Assembly (NCBI GenBank): GCA_035654455.1
Contig: DASRWT010000065.1
Coordinates: 3,399 to 67,398, forward strand
Length of the DNA stretch: 64,000 nt
Direction: 5' to 3'
Source of the DNA: Candidatus Nitrosocosmicus sp.
Lineage (GTDB): Bacteria > Methylomirabilota > Methylomirabilia > Rokubacteriales > CSP1-6
Below, in pieces: positions 53,579 to 63,059 of the stretch. The notes beneath the pieces are model-generated. The model did no database searches, was not told the DNA's origin, and was given only the letters and a program-made list of their open reading frames with translations. Position 1 is the stretch's first letter. Each line of letters starts with the position of its first letter. Made by a program: the position numbers and the translations under genes.

Positions 53579-55117
53579 TCAGGCCAGCCGGTACACCTCC
53601 ACCTCGGCGGTGCGGCCCTTCACGTGGGCGGCCGCCGCGCGGACCAGCGGGACCCGTCCGCCCAGCCGCGCGTGGGTCGTCCCGCTCACGAGGATGTCGC
53701 CGCCCAGCTCCTTGGTGAGGCCCTGGATGCGCGAGGCGAGGTTGACCGCATCCCCCACCAGGGCATAGGAGAGGCGCTCGCGGCTGCCGATGCTTCCCGC
53801 CAGCACGGTGCCGGTGTGGACGCCGATCCCGTGGCGCAGCGGCGCCTTGCCTCCGCGCTCGCGCTCCCGGTTCCACGCCGCCAGCCGCCCCCGCATGTCC
53901 ATGGCGGCGCGCACCGCCTGCTCGGCGTGGTCCGCATGCGCCACCGGCGCCCCGAACACCGCCTCGATCTCGTCGCCGATGTACTGGAGCACCAGCCCGT
54001 GCTGGCCGCGGATGGCCGCCTCCATCTCGCCGAAGTACCCGTTGAGGTCGCGCACCACCTCGCGCGGGTCGGTGGCCTCGACCCAGGGCGTGAAGTCGCG
54101 CAGGTCGCAGAAGAGAATGGTCACCTCGAGCTGCTGGCCCTCCAGCGCCACGCGGCCGGCGAGGATCTCGTCCCGCACCTCGCGCGAGACGTACTTGCCG
54201 AAGATCTCCGTCACACGCTCGCGCTCCTGGAGACCCTGGACCATCTGGTTGAAGCCGGAGGTCACCTCGCCGATCTCGTCGTTGGAGACCACCGGACAGC
54301 GGGTCTCCAGTCGCCCCTCCTCCACCTGAGCCATGGCGCGGGCCAGGGCGCCCAGGGGCTCCGCCACGCTCCGCGACACCGAGATCGCCAGCCCCACCGC
54401 GGCGGCGATGCCCACCGCCATCACGAAGCCGATGAGGACGAGCACGTCGGTCGCGAGCGAGCCCGCCGCGCCCGCGGCCGCGCCCACGAGCAACCGCGCG
54501 CGCGTATAGGACACCACCCCCAGCACCGACATGGGCAGGACGCTGATGAGGAGGAAGACGATGAGCAGCCGCGACCGCACGCGGAGGCGCGGCACCCCGG
54601 GCACGAGGGTGAGACCACCCTCCGGAAAAAAGGCGGGAAGGATGAGGCGCCAGCGCCGCTCGGCGGAGAGGAAGGCGTAGAACGCGGCCACGGTGCCGGC
54701 CACCACGGTGGTGCCGAACATCGTGCGCAGCGCGAGGGGCCAGGTCAGGCCTCCCAGCAGCCACGGCAGCAGCACGCCCCAGATGACGCCCGCGAGCACC
54801 CAGCCCACCAGCGTGATCCCGCCCAGGAGGAAGGGCACCAGCAGCGCGTGCCGGCGGATCTCCGGATCCGCTATGCCGCTCTCGGATGACTGGAGCCGCC
54901 GCGTCCAGCGCCGGCCCATCCAGTAGCCGAGGCCGGACAGCGCGCCGAAGGCCACCACGGAAAAGGTGAGCTCGAACCAGCCCGGACGCGTCCCGATCCC
55001 CTCCGGCGACGGGTCCACGTAGCGGAAGTACACGAAGGTGAGCACCGCCCCCAGCAGGTTCTGGGGTACCGCGGAGCGGACCAGCGCGCTCCGGATCGAC
55101 GCGCGATCCTCGCTCAG
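53579..55117 (-). CDS. membrane-bound class III adenylate/guanylate cyclase with HAMP domain
   Basis: Multi-TM N-terminus, HAMP, and cyclase motifs FCDLRDFT, GDEIEAVFGAP, GVHTGTVLAGSIGS and VGDAVNLASR. The 5' end is uncertain. CTG 55117 overlaps the ADH stop (CTGA). The first GTG is 55045. Track start 55423 would overlap the ADH gene by 310 nt. Confidence 0.85.
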   Translation of the reverse strand: MSEDRASIRSALVRSAVPQNLLGAVLTFVYFRYVDPSPEGIGTRPGWFELTFSVVAFGALSGLGYWMGRRWTRRLQSSESGIADPEIRRHALLVPFLLGGITLVGWVLAGVIWGVLLPWLLGGLTWPLALRTMFGTTVVAGTVAAFYAFLSAERRWRLILPAFFPEGGLTLVPGVPRLRVRSRLLIVFLLISVLPMSVLGVVSYTRARLLVGAAAGAAGSLATDVLVLIGFVMAVGIAAAVGLAISVSRSVAEPLGALARAMAQVEEGRLETRCPVVSNDEIGEVTSGFNQMVQGLQERERVTEIFGKYVSREVRDEILAGRVALEGQQLEVTILFCDLRDFTPWVEATDPREVVRDLNGYFGEMEAAIRGQHGLVLQYIGDEIEAVFGAPVAHADHAEQAVRAAMDMRGRLAAWNRERERGGKAPLRHGIGVHTGTVLAGSIGSRERLSYALVGDAVNLASRIQGLTKELGGDILVSGTTHARLGGRVPLVRAAAAHVKGRTAEVEVYRLA

Positions 55118-56169
55118 AAGACGAACACGCCCTTTCCCGTCGTCTGGGTATCGAAGAGCCGGTAGGCGTCCGTCGCCTGGTCCAGCGCGAAGCGGTGCGT
55201 GAGGAGCCGCTTGAGCGGAACCTTGCGGTCGGCGATGAAGCGCGCGCACTCCGCCTGGCCGACGGTGTTGAAGGTCCACGAGGCCACGATGGTGAGCTGG
55301 CGCCGCAGCATGTCGGGGCTCACGTCCAGCGTCACCTGCCCACCCTCGCCCACGAAGCACACGCGGCCCCAGGTCCGCGTGCTGCGCACCGCGGCGGCGC
55401 GCGCGTCGGCGTGCCCCGTGCAATCCATGGCCGCATCCACGCCCTCACCGTGGGTGAGCTGCTTGAGGGCGGCGATGGGATCGGCTTCCCGGGAGTTGAT
55501 CACCGCGTCGGCGCCGAACTCGCGGGCGAGCTTGAGGCGCTCGGGGGAGATGTCCACCGCGATCACCCGCGCGCCCATGGCGGCGCCCAGCATGGTGGCG
55601 CTGAGACCCACCGGACCCTGCCCGAAGACGGCGAGGGTATCCACCCCGGAGATGTCGATGCGGCGGAGCGCGCCGTAGGCGGTGCCGGTGCCGCAGGACA
55701 CCGCGGCGCCTTCCTCGAACGACAGCTCGTCGGGCAGCGGTACCAGAGTGAAGGCGGGCGCCTTCATGTAGGGCGCGTGGCCGCCGTGGCCGGTGACGCC
55801 ATACACCGTGATGCCCTTCCCGCAGAGCTGGGACCAGCCGGTGCGGCAGTGCTTGCAGAGGCCGCAGCCCTTGTAGTGATGCTGCATCACGCGCTGGCCA
55901 AGGGGCGCCTCGGCCTCGGTCACCCCCGCGCCCCGCTCGGCCACGATCCCGCAGGGCTCATGCCCGGCGATCACCGGCCCGCCGTCGCCGCCCAGCCCCA
56001 GCGAGGCCGCCATGCCTCCGCCCTTCCGCGAGGCGCGATAGGCATGCAGGTCGCTCCCGCACATGCCGGAGGCCTTCATCTGGAGGATGACCTCGCCCGG
56101 TCCCGGCTTCGGATCGGGGAAGTCGCGGATCTCGAGCTCACGGTCGCCGAGGAAAGTGATGCCGCGCAT
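55114..56169 (-). CDS. zinc-dependent alcohol dehydrogenase family protein
   Basis: 351 aa from MRGITF (aaggag SD). Motifs GMCGSDLH, GHEPCG, structural-zinc CGLCKHCRTGWSQLC and GQGPVGL. Confidence 0.9.
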   Translation of the reverse strand: MRGITFLGDRELEIRDFPDPKPGPGEVILQMKASGMCGSDLHAYRASRKGGGMAASLGLGGDGGPVIAGHEPCGIVAERGAGVTEAEAPLGQRVMQHHYKGCGLCKHCRTGWSQLCGKGITVYGVTGHGGHAPYMKAPAFTLVPLPDELSFEEGAAVSCGTGTAYGALRRIDISGVDTLAVFGQGPVGLSATMLGAAMGARVIAVDISPERLKLAREFGADAVINSREADPIAALKQLTHGEGVDAAMDCTGHADARAAAVRSTRTWGRVCFVGEGGQVTLDVSPDMLRRQLTIVASWTFNTVGQAECARFIADRKVPLKRLLTHRFALDQATDAYRLFDTQTTGKGVFVF

Positions 56170-56189
56170 GGGCCGTCTCCTTTGAGGGG

Positions 56190-57305
56190 CTAGGCGAACC
56201 GGCGCATGGACAGATCGCCGAGGTCGAGGGTGGGCCGACCGTCCAGGAGCCATTCCGCTACCGACTCCCCGGTGGCGTACGAGTGCTGAAAGCCGTGACC
56301 GCAGAAGCCGACGGCCAGGAAGAGGCCCTCGACTCCCGGCGCCCAGTCGATGATGGCGTGCTCGTCCGGCGTGAGCGGGCGCAGGCCCGCCCAGGCGTGG
56401 CGCACCTGGGCGGCGCCGAGGGCGGGGATGCGGCTCACCGCCTTCTGCACCGTCTGCTCGAGCACGCCCCAGTCCACGGTGGCGGTGTACTCGGTCACGG
56501 CGCCGATATCGCCCGCGCTCATCAGCACGCCCTGCTGCTCGCTCCGGCAATAGAAGCCGCTGCTGCGATCGGTGAGGAGCGGAATGGGATGCTTGATCTC
56601 GGTGAAGGCGTCGGTGACGAAGATGTGCCGGCGGCGCGGGTCCACCGGGATCCGCAGCCCCGCCATCTCGCCGACCAGCGGCGCCTGCGGGCCGGCGGCG
56701 TTGACGCAAACCCGGGTCGCGATGCGGCCCGCCGGCGTCCGCACGCCGGTCACGCGCCCGCCCTCCACCTCGATGCCGGTGACCGGCGTGTCCTCCAGGA
56801 TGCGGACGCCGCGCTGCCGCGCCTGCGCGGCGTAGGCCTGCACCACGTCATTGGGCGAGGCGTGCCCGTCCTGGGGCCCCCACACCGCCGCCAGCACGTC
56901 GTCGACCCGCATCGACGGCACGATGGCGCGCGCGTCGTCGGGCCCGATGAGCCGGGTCTCGGCCCCCTTCGCGTGCTGCACCGTCATGTTGCGGCGGAAG
57001 CGCGCGACATCCTCTTCCGAGGTGAGGAGAAAGAGATAGCCTTCCTGGCGGAAGTCGCACTCGGCGTTCATCTCGTCGCGGAAGCGCTTGAAGAACTCGA
57101 TGCCGCGCAGGGAGAACTCCACCTCGATGGCGAGCGGAAACTCCACCCGGATGCCGCCCGCCGCCTTGCTGGTGGAGCCGGCGCCCACCATCTCGCGCTC
57201 CAGCACCACCACGTCGCGGGCCCCGCGGCGCGCGAGGTGGTAGGCGATGGAGGCGCCGATGGCGCCGGCGCCAATGATGACGACCTCCGCGGTCCTGGGA
57301 AGCAT
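56190..57305 (-). CDS. FAD-dependent oxidoreductase (DAO family, sarcosine/D-amino-acid oxidase-like)
   Basis: 371 aa from MLPRTAEVVIIGAGAIGASIAYHLA, with C-terminal GFCGHGFQ. The track 5' extension is rejected. Confidence 0.9.
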   Translation of the reverse strand: MLPRTAEVVIIGAGAIGASIAYHLARRGARDVVVLEREMVGAGSTSKAAGGIRVEFPLAIEVEFSLRGIEFFKRFRDEMNAECDFRQEGYLFLLTSEEDVARFRRNMTVQHAKGAETRLIGPDDARAIVPSMRVDDVLAAVWGPQDGHASPNDVVQAYAAQARQRGVRILEDTPVTGIEVEGGRVTGVRTPAGRIATRVCVNAAGPQAPLVGEMAGLRIPVDPRRRHIFVTDAFTEIKHPIPLLTDRSSGFYCRSEQQGVLMSAGDIGAVTEYTATVDWGVLEQTVQKAVSRIPALGAAQVRHAWAGLRPLTPDEHAIIDWAPGVEGLFLAVGFCGHGFQHSYATGESVAEWLLDGRPTLDLGDLSMRRFA

Positions 57306-57312
57306 CGCTCGC

Positions 57313-58350
57313 TCAGCCGAGGCCGGGCATGACCTTCTCGCCGAAGAGGCGCAGGGATCGCCGCACCGCTTCCTGGGGAAGGCCCCCGCGCGAGAAGGCG
57401 CCCATGAAGTAGGTGACGCCCAGGGCGTCCGCGTGCTGGCGGATCTTGTCCGCGACCTCCTCGGGCTCGCCCACGATGGCGGCCTGGTCGAGGGCCTGCT
57501 CCTCCGACAGCGAGAGCAGGTTCTCCCGCACGCGCTTGTAGAACTTGTACTGCTCGGGCGGGACGCCGGCGGGGTCGGCGATGAGGCCGGCCTGGGTCTG
57601 GAAGAACCACCGGATGGGCTCGCGCAGGTTGTCCCGCGCCTTCTGCCGCGATTCGGCCACGTGGATGATCTTGTTGAGGCAGATCTCTCCCTCGCCGCCG
57701 TGGGCGGCGCGGTGCTCCGCGCGGTAGGCGTCGTAGTTGCGCCGCAGGATGTCGAAGGGCGTGAACGACGGCGAGGTGAGGATGCGCAGCCCCCCGCGCC
57801 CTGCCCGCGCATAGGTGTCGGGTGACACCGCCGCCGTCCACAGCGGGGGATGCGGCGTCTGCACCGGCTTCGGCAGCACGGTCAGGTCGCGGAACTTGTA
57901 GAACTCGCCCTCGAAGGTCCACCGGTCCTGGGTCCAGGCGCGGCGGATCACCTCGAGACCCTCCTCGAAGCGCTCGCGTGTTCGCTCCATGGACACGCCC
58001 AGCCCGGTGAACTCCTTCGGCTGATAGCCGCGCCCGATGCCGAAGTCGAGCCGGCCCCCGGAGAGGATGTCCAGCATCGCGAACTCCTCCGCGATACGCA
58101 CGGGATGGCTGAAGGGCTCGATCACCACCGCGGTGCCGATGCGCACGCGCTTGGTCTCGCGCGCCACCGCGGCCCCGAACACGGCGAGGTTGGGACAGAT
58201 GCCGTAGGGCGAGAAGTGATGCTCGGCCAGCCACACCGCGTGGAAGCCGAGCTCGTCGGCGAGCCGACACTCCTCCAGGGAATTGGCGTACACCTCGGGA
58301 TGGCTCTGCCACTCCCGCCACGAGAGGAGATTCTGGATCGCGAACTTCAT
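57313..58350 (-). CDS. LLM-class (luciferase-like) flavin-dependent oxidoreductase
   Basis: 345 aa. WLAEHHFSPYG, GRLDFGIGRGY and the TIM-barrel LLM pattern. ggaggagg SD. Confidence 0.9.
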   Translation of the reverse strand: MKFAIQNLLSWREWQSHPEVYANSLEECRLADELGFHAVWLAEHHFSPYGICPNLAVFGAAVARETKRVRIGTAVVIEPFSHPVRIAEEFAMLDILSGGRLDFGIGRGYQPKEFTGLGVSMERTRERFEEGLEVIRRAWTQDRWTFEGEFYKFRDLTVLPKPVQTPHPPLWTAAVSPDTYARAGRGGLRILTSPSFTPFDILRRNYDAYRAEHRAAHGGEGEICLNKIIHVAESRQKARDNLREPIRWFFQTQAGLIADPAGVPPEQYKFYKRVRENLLSLSEEQALDQAAIVGEPEEVADKIRQHADALGVTYFMGAFSRGGLPQEAVRRSLRLFGEKVMPGLG

Positions 58351-58372
58351 GCCCGCCCTCCTCCGGAGTCTC

Positions 58373-58624
58373 TCAACGATAGAACCGGAACAGCAGCCAC
58401 GACACGTAGCCGATCAGGATGACCACCACCGCCATGGCGAACGGCACGAAGCGCTGGACGCGGCCCACCAGCTGGGCGCTTCGATCCTGGATCGCCGCCG
58501 CCCGCTCCTGCAGCTTCTCCGCCTTGTCCACCTGCTGTCGCTGCAGGGCCAGGGACTCCGCCTGCCGGTCGCGAATCTCCTCGAGCAGCCGCGCGATACG
58601 GTCCAGCTTCTCCGCTTCGCTCAT
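58373..58624 (-). CDS. small tail-anchored coiled-coil protein
   Basis: 83 aa from MSEAEKLDRIARLLEE with a C-terminal TM (FAMAVVVILIGYVSWLLF). ATGA overlap with the upstream DAO-family gene. Confidence 0.5.
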   Translation of the reverse strand: MSEAEKLDRIARLLEEIRDRQAESLALQRQQVDKAEKLQERAAAIQDRSAQLVGRVQRFVPFAMAVVVILIGYVSWLLFRFYR

Positions 58625-59826
58625 CCGCGCGCGCCTCCCACCGGATCCCTCTGGTCGGCGCGCGGCGCGTAGGGATGCGGGCCCTGCGGCGACCGGCCCT
58701 CCGCGAAGCGCCGGAGGGCGAACGGAGTGATGTCCACCGTCTTGGCGCGCCCTTCGGTGATCAGCTCGGCCATGCACTGGCCGACCGCGGGCGCGATCTT
58801 GAAGCCGGAGCCGCTGAAGGCGGTGGCGAGGTAGAGGTTCTCCATCCCCTCCACCGGTCCCAGGATGGCGTGGCGATCGCCGCTATAGCAGTCGAAGGCG
58901 CGGTAGCCGCGCGCGAGCGTGGCGCCCTCCATCAGGGGAATCCGGTGAGTGAGGATGCCCGCCCCCACGCCGGCCGCATGGGGCGGCAGCCCGCTGCCGA
59001 GCGTGTCGGGATCCACGTCCCACTCCTGGCACGGCACGCCGACCAGGGTGAGTCCGCCCGCCTCGGTACGGAAGTAGCTGCCCTGCGCGTTGTCGATGAA
59101 GACCATGTGGCCCTGGGCGAGCGCGGGGGGGCGCGCGACCGCCACCGTGTCGATGGCCTTGGGCCGCGCGGGGAGCGGCACCCCCAGCTCCCGGCACAGG
59201 CGCGGCGCCCAGGCGCCCGCCGCGATCACCACCGCGCCCGCGTCGATCGCTCCCGCCGCCGTCTCCACCCCGGTGACGCGGCCGCCCGAGCGGGTGACGC
59301 TCGTCACCGCCGTCCACGGGCGCACCGCCGCCCCCAGCTCCCGCGCGCGCCGCGCGAAGCCTTCCACCACGTCCACCGGGCTCGCGTAGCCCGAGTCGGG
59401 CTCGTAGGCCGCCGCGCCGAGATCGTCCACCGCCGCGAAGGGCTGGAGGTCGCGGAGCTCGGCGGGGCTGATCGCGGTGGTATTGATCCCGATGCCGCGG
59501 AGCATCTCCACGTTCCTTCGAAGCGCCTCCGCGTACTCCGGCGCTACTACGTTCACAAATCCGGTATGGGTGAAGACCGGCGGGCCGCCCATCAGCTCCG
59601 CCCAGTGGCGGAACACCGGAAAGCTCGCCCAGGCCAGGCGCGCATCCCACTCGTTGGTGTAGTGCATGCGAACCAGTGCGCTCGACCGCCCCGACGCGCC
59701 GTGGGCGAGCGCGCCCTGCTCGAGCAGGACCACCCGCTTCACTCCGCGCGCGGCCAGCGCGTAGGCGAGACTGCAGCCGTGGACGCCGCCCCCGACGATG
59801 ACGACGTCCGCCGTCTCCGCGCTCAC
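58621..59826 (-). CDS. FAD-dependent oxidoreductase (DAO family)
   Basis: 401 aa. DVVIVGGGVHGCSLAYALA, with C-terminal AFSGSGFK. GTGA overlap with the upstream RidA gene. Confidence 0.9.
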   Translation of the reverse strand: MSAETADVVIVGGGVHGCSLAYALAARGVKRVVLLEQGALAHGASGRSSALVRMHYTNEWDARLAWASFPVFRHWAELMGGPPVFTHTGFVNVVAPEYAEALRRNVEMLRGIGINTTAISPAELRDLQPFAAVDDLGAAAYEPDSGYASPVDVVEGFARRARELGAAVRPWTAVTSVTRSGGRVTGVETAAGAIDAGAVVIAAGAWAPRLCRELGVPLPARPKAIDTVAVARPPALAQGHMVFIDNAQGSYFRTEAGGLTLVGVPCQEWDVDPDTLGSGLPPHAAGVGAGILTHRIPLMEGATLARGYRAFDCYSGDRHAILGPVEGMENLYLATAFSGSGFKIAPAVGQCMAELITEGRAKTVDITPFALRRFAEGRSPQGPHPYAPRADQRDPVGGARG

Positions 59827-60278
59827 CTCGCCACCACCGCGGTGGCCTCGATCTCCACCAGGATGTCGGGCCGCACGAACTGGGAGATCTCCACCAGCGT
59901 GCTGGCGGGCCGGTGGGCGCCGAAGTACTCCCGGCGCGCCACGTTGACCTTCTCGCGATCGGCGATGTTCTTGAGGAAGACGGTGACCTTGCAGACGTCG
60001 GCAAAGCTGGCGCCGGCGGCGGTGAGGCAGGCCTTGATATTGTCCAGCGCCTTGCGCGCCTGGGCGGTGGCGTCGTCTCCTCCCACCGTGCGCCCATGCT
60101 CGTCGGAGGCCACGCAGCCCGAGACGAACACGATGTTCCCCGCCCGGACCACGTGAGTGAAGTGGCTGATGGGCTCGGACATCCCGGGCACGCGAATTTC
60201 TTGCCGATGGGGGCGGCTCGCCCGCTTCGGCCGCGCCGCCTTCTTCACTGCCCGCCCGCGCTTCGCTCGCTTCGCCAT
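59823..60278 (-). CDS. RidA family enamine/imine deaminase with basic N-terminal extension
   Basis: RidA core from MSEPISHFTHVVRAGNIVFVSG ... VEIEATAV. The strong gggaggg SD precedes ATG 60278, not the internal ATG 60182, which adds a 32-aa Lys/Arg-rich extension. Confidence 0.85.
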   Translation of the reverse strand: MAKRAKRGRAVKKAARPKRASRPHRQEIRVPGMSEPISHFTHVVRAGNIVFVSGCVASDEHGRTVGGDDATAQARKALDNIKACLTAAGASFADVCKVTVFLKNIADREKVNVARREYFGAHRPASTLVEISQFVRPDILVEIEATAVVAR

Positions 60279-60437
60279 GATCGCCCTCCCTGAGGTTCGC
60301 TACGGTGAACGGCCGAACACCAGCACCCTAAGGAGCGCCGGGCGTGGGGTCAAGCGCGAAAACCGGAACGCGCGGGAGGGCGCCCGCGGCGCGGGAAATT
60401 GGTGTACTCTCTCGGCTATTCCACCCAAGGAGGCGTC

Positions 60438-62075
60438 ATGAAGGTCATCGATGCGATCGCCGAGATCCTGAAGCGCGAGGGAGTCGAGTTCCTGATCGGC
60501 TATCCCGTCAACCACGTGCTCGAGGCCGCCGCCGCCGCCGACATCCGCACCATCATCGTGCGGCAGGAGCGCACCGGCCTGCACATGGCGGACGCGGTGA
60601 GCCGGATCACGTCGGGCCGGAAGATCGGCGTCTTCGCGATGCAGCACGGTCCCGGCACCGAGAACTCCTTCGGTGGCGTCGCGCAGGCCTTCGGCGACTC
60701 GGTGCCCATCGTGGTGATTCCCGGCGGATATCCGCGGAAGATCGCCGGTATCACGCCCAACTTCTCCTCCACGCTCAACTACCGCCACGTCACCAAGTGG
60801 GCGGAGTGGGTGATCCGCCCCGTGGACGTGCCGGACGCGATGCGCCGGGCCTTCACCCAGGTGAAGAACGGCCGGCCCCGCCCGGTGATGGTGGAGATCC
60901 CGGTGGACATGATGATGGAGGAGGTGCCGGAGCCCCTGGTGTACAAGGCGGCGCCGCGCACCCGCATCGCGCCGGACCCCAAGGACGTGGCGGAGGCCGC
61001 GCGAGTGCTGGTGGCCGCCGAGCGGCCCGTGATCTACGCGGGCCAGGGCGTGCACTACGCGCAGGCCTGGCCGCAGCTCCGCCAGCTCGCCGAGCTGCTG
61101 GAGTGCCCGGTGACCACGAGCCTCGAGGGCAAGAGTGCGTTCCCCGAGAGCCATCCGCTGTCCCTGGGCTCCGGCGGGCGCTCGCTGCCCAAGGCCGTGT
61201 TCCAGTTCCTCAAGGACTCCGACGTCATCTTCGGGATCGGCTGCAGCTTCTCCACCACCAACTACGGCATCACCTTCCCCAAGGGCAAGGTGATGATCCA
61301 CTCCACCCTCGACCCCCTCGACCTCAACAAGGACATCGCCGCCGACCACGCCCTCATCGGCGACGCCGGGCTGGTGCTGGACGCCTTGATCCTGGAGGTG
61401 AAGGACCGCGTCAAGGGCAAGCCGCGCGGCCGCCTCGACACCGTCACCCAGGGTATCAAGACGGTGAAGACCGAGTGGCTCAACCAGTGGATGCCGCGGC
61501 TCACCCAGAACACCAAGCCGCTGTCGCCCTATCGCGTGATCTGGGACCTCATGCAGACGGTGGACCTCTCCAACACCATCATCACGCATGACGCGGGCAG
61601 CCCTCGGGATCAGATCTCGCCCTTCTGGGAGACGGTGACGCCGCTGTCCTATATCGGCTGGGGCAAGACCACCCAGCTCGGCTACGGCCTCGGGCTGGCC
61701 ATGGGCGCCAAGCTGGCCGCCCCCCAGAAGCTCTGCATCAATCTCTGGGGCGACGCCGCCATCGGCTTCACCGGCATGGACTTCGAGACCGCGGTGCGGG
61801 AGCGCATCCCCATCCTCTCGGTGCTCCTCAACAACTTCTCCATGGCCATCGAGCTCAAGGTGATGGCGGTGGCGACGGAGAAGTTCCGCAGCACCGACAT
61901 CAGCGGCAACTATGCCGACATGGCCAAGGCCTTCGGGGGCCACGGCGAGCGCGTGACCGAGCCCGGCGAGATCATCCCCGCCATCAAGCGGGCGATCAAG
62001 CAGACGCAGGAGGGGCGGCCCGCGCTCCTCGAGTTCATCACCGAGAAGGCGGTGGACTTCTCGATGTACTCGTAG
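60438..62075 (+). CDS. thiamine pyrophosphate-dependent enzyme
   Basis: 545 aa from MKVIDAIAEILKREGVEF (aaggagg SD). TPP motif GDAAIGFTGMDFETAVRERIPILSVLLNN. Confidence 0.9.
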   Translation: MKVIDAIAEILKREGVEFLIGYPVNHVLEAAAAADIRTIIVRQERTGLHMADAVSRITSGRKIGVFAMQHGPGTENSFGGVAQAFGDSVPIVVIPGGYPRKIAGITPNFSSTLNYRHVTKWAEWVIRPVDVPDAMRRAFTQVKNGRPRPVMVEIPVDMMMEEVPEPLVYKAAPRTRIAPDPKDVAEAARVLVAAERPVIYAGQGVHYAQAWPQLRQLAELLECPVTTSLEGKSAFPESHPLSLGSGGRSLPKAVFQFLKDSDVIFGIGCSFSTTNYGITFPKGKVMIHSTLDPLDLNKDIAADHALIGDAGLVLDALILEVKDRVKGKPRGRLDTVTQGIKTVKTEWLNQWMPRLTQNTKPLSPYRVIWDLMQTVDLSNTIITHDAGSPRDQISPFWETVTPLSYIGWGKTTQLGYGLGLAMGAKLAAPQKLCINLWGDAAIGFTGMDFETAVRERIPILSVLLNNFSMAIELKVMAVATEKFRSTDISGNYADMAKAFGGHGERVTEPGEIIPAIKRAIKQTQEGRPALLEFITEKAVDFSMYS

Positions 62076-62082
62076 CCGCGGC

Positions 62083-62997
62083 GTGGCCGAGCGCGAGTAC
62101 CGCTTCGTCCAGGTCGACGTCTTCACCGACCGCGTGTTCGGGGGCAATCCCCTCGCGGTGGTCTTCGAAGCCACCGGTCTGTCGGATGGTGAGATGCAGG
62201 CCGTCGCCAGGGAGATGAACCTCTCCGAGACGACCTTCATCCTGCCCCCCACGCGTGGGGACTGCGCGGCGCGGGTGCGGATCTTCACCCCCGCGCGCGA
62301 GCTCCAGTTCGCGGGACATCCCACCATCGGCACCGCCTGGGTGCTCGCCGCCCACGGGCTCCTGCCCGGAACCCCCTCCCGCTTCAATCTTGAAGAAGGG
62401 ATCGGCCCGGTCCCGGTGACGCTCGAGGGCGATCCCGCCCGGCCTCGCTTCCTCTGGATGCGCCATCGCGAGCCGGAGTGGGGCCCGGAGCAGACCAACC
62501 GCGCCGAAGTGGCGGCGGGGGTGGGCCTGACCGAGGCCGACCTCTTGCCCGGCGCTCCCATCCAGTCCGGCTCCACCGGCACTCGCTTCCTCTTCGTCCC
62601 GCTCCGCGACCCGGCCACGGTGGACCGCGCTCTTCTCGACGTGGCGAGGATTCTCAAGGCGCTGGGTGACCAGCCCCTGGTGGGAATCTTCGTCTTTGCC
62701 CCGGACCCCGATCCCGCCGCCGGCCGCGTGCACTCGCGCATGTTCGCCCAGCACACCTCCGGCATTCCCGAGGATCCCGCCACGGGCTCGGCGAGCGGCC
62801 CGCTCGGCGCCTATCTGGTGCGGCACCGGCTGGTGAAGGCCGACGGCAGGGTCGCGATGGTGAGCCACCAGGGCGTGAAGATGGGACGGCACAGCCACGT
62901 GCACATCCGCGGCGTGGCGCGCGACGGCCATCTCGATGAGATCGAGGTGGGCGGCAGCGTGGTGCCGGTCATCGAAGGACGCCTGCGAGTCCCGTGA
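62083..62997 (+). CDS. PhzF family isomerase
   Basis: 304 aa. FVQVDVFTDRVFGGNPLAVV, NLSETTF and FAGHPTIG motifs. Confidence 0.9.
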   Translation: MAEREYRFVQVDVFTDRVFGGNPLAVVFEATGLSDGEMQAVAREMNLSETTFILPPTRGDCAARVRIFTPARELQFAGHPTIGTAWVLAAHGLLPGTPSRFNLEEGIGPVPVTLEGDPARPRFLWMRHREPEWGPEQTNRAEVAAGVGLTEADLLPGAPIQSGSTGTRFLFVPLRDPATVDRALLDVARILKALGDQPLVGIFVFAPDPDPAAGRVHSRMFAQHTSGIPEDPATGSASGPLGAYLVRHRLVKADGRVAMVSHQGVKMGRHSHVHIRGVARDGHLDEIEVGGSVVPVIEGRLRVP

Positions 62998-63059
62998 CTT
63001 CTCGTGTACGCTGACGCCGAACCGTGTCGTCTCCCCCACTCGACCCTGGAGGTCGCGCG

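Noticed and set aside
34410-62783. Other long antisense ORFs: 34410..36344, 36577..38172, 38057..39739, 43220..45493, 49902..52100, 60300..62783, and 30265..32229
   Set aside because: Each lies opposite, or out of frame to, genes with strong motif evidence. All have the same Arg/Gly/Ala/Pro/His-rich composition and lack SDs and domains.
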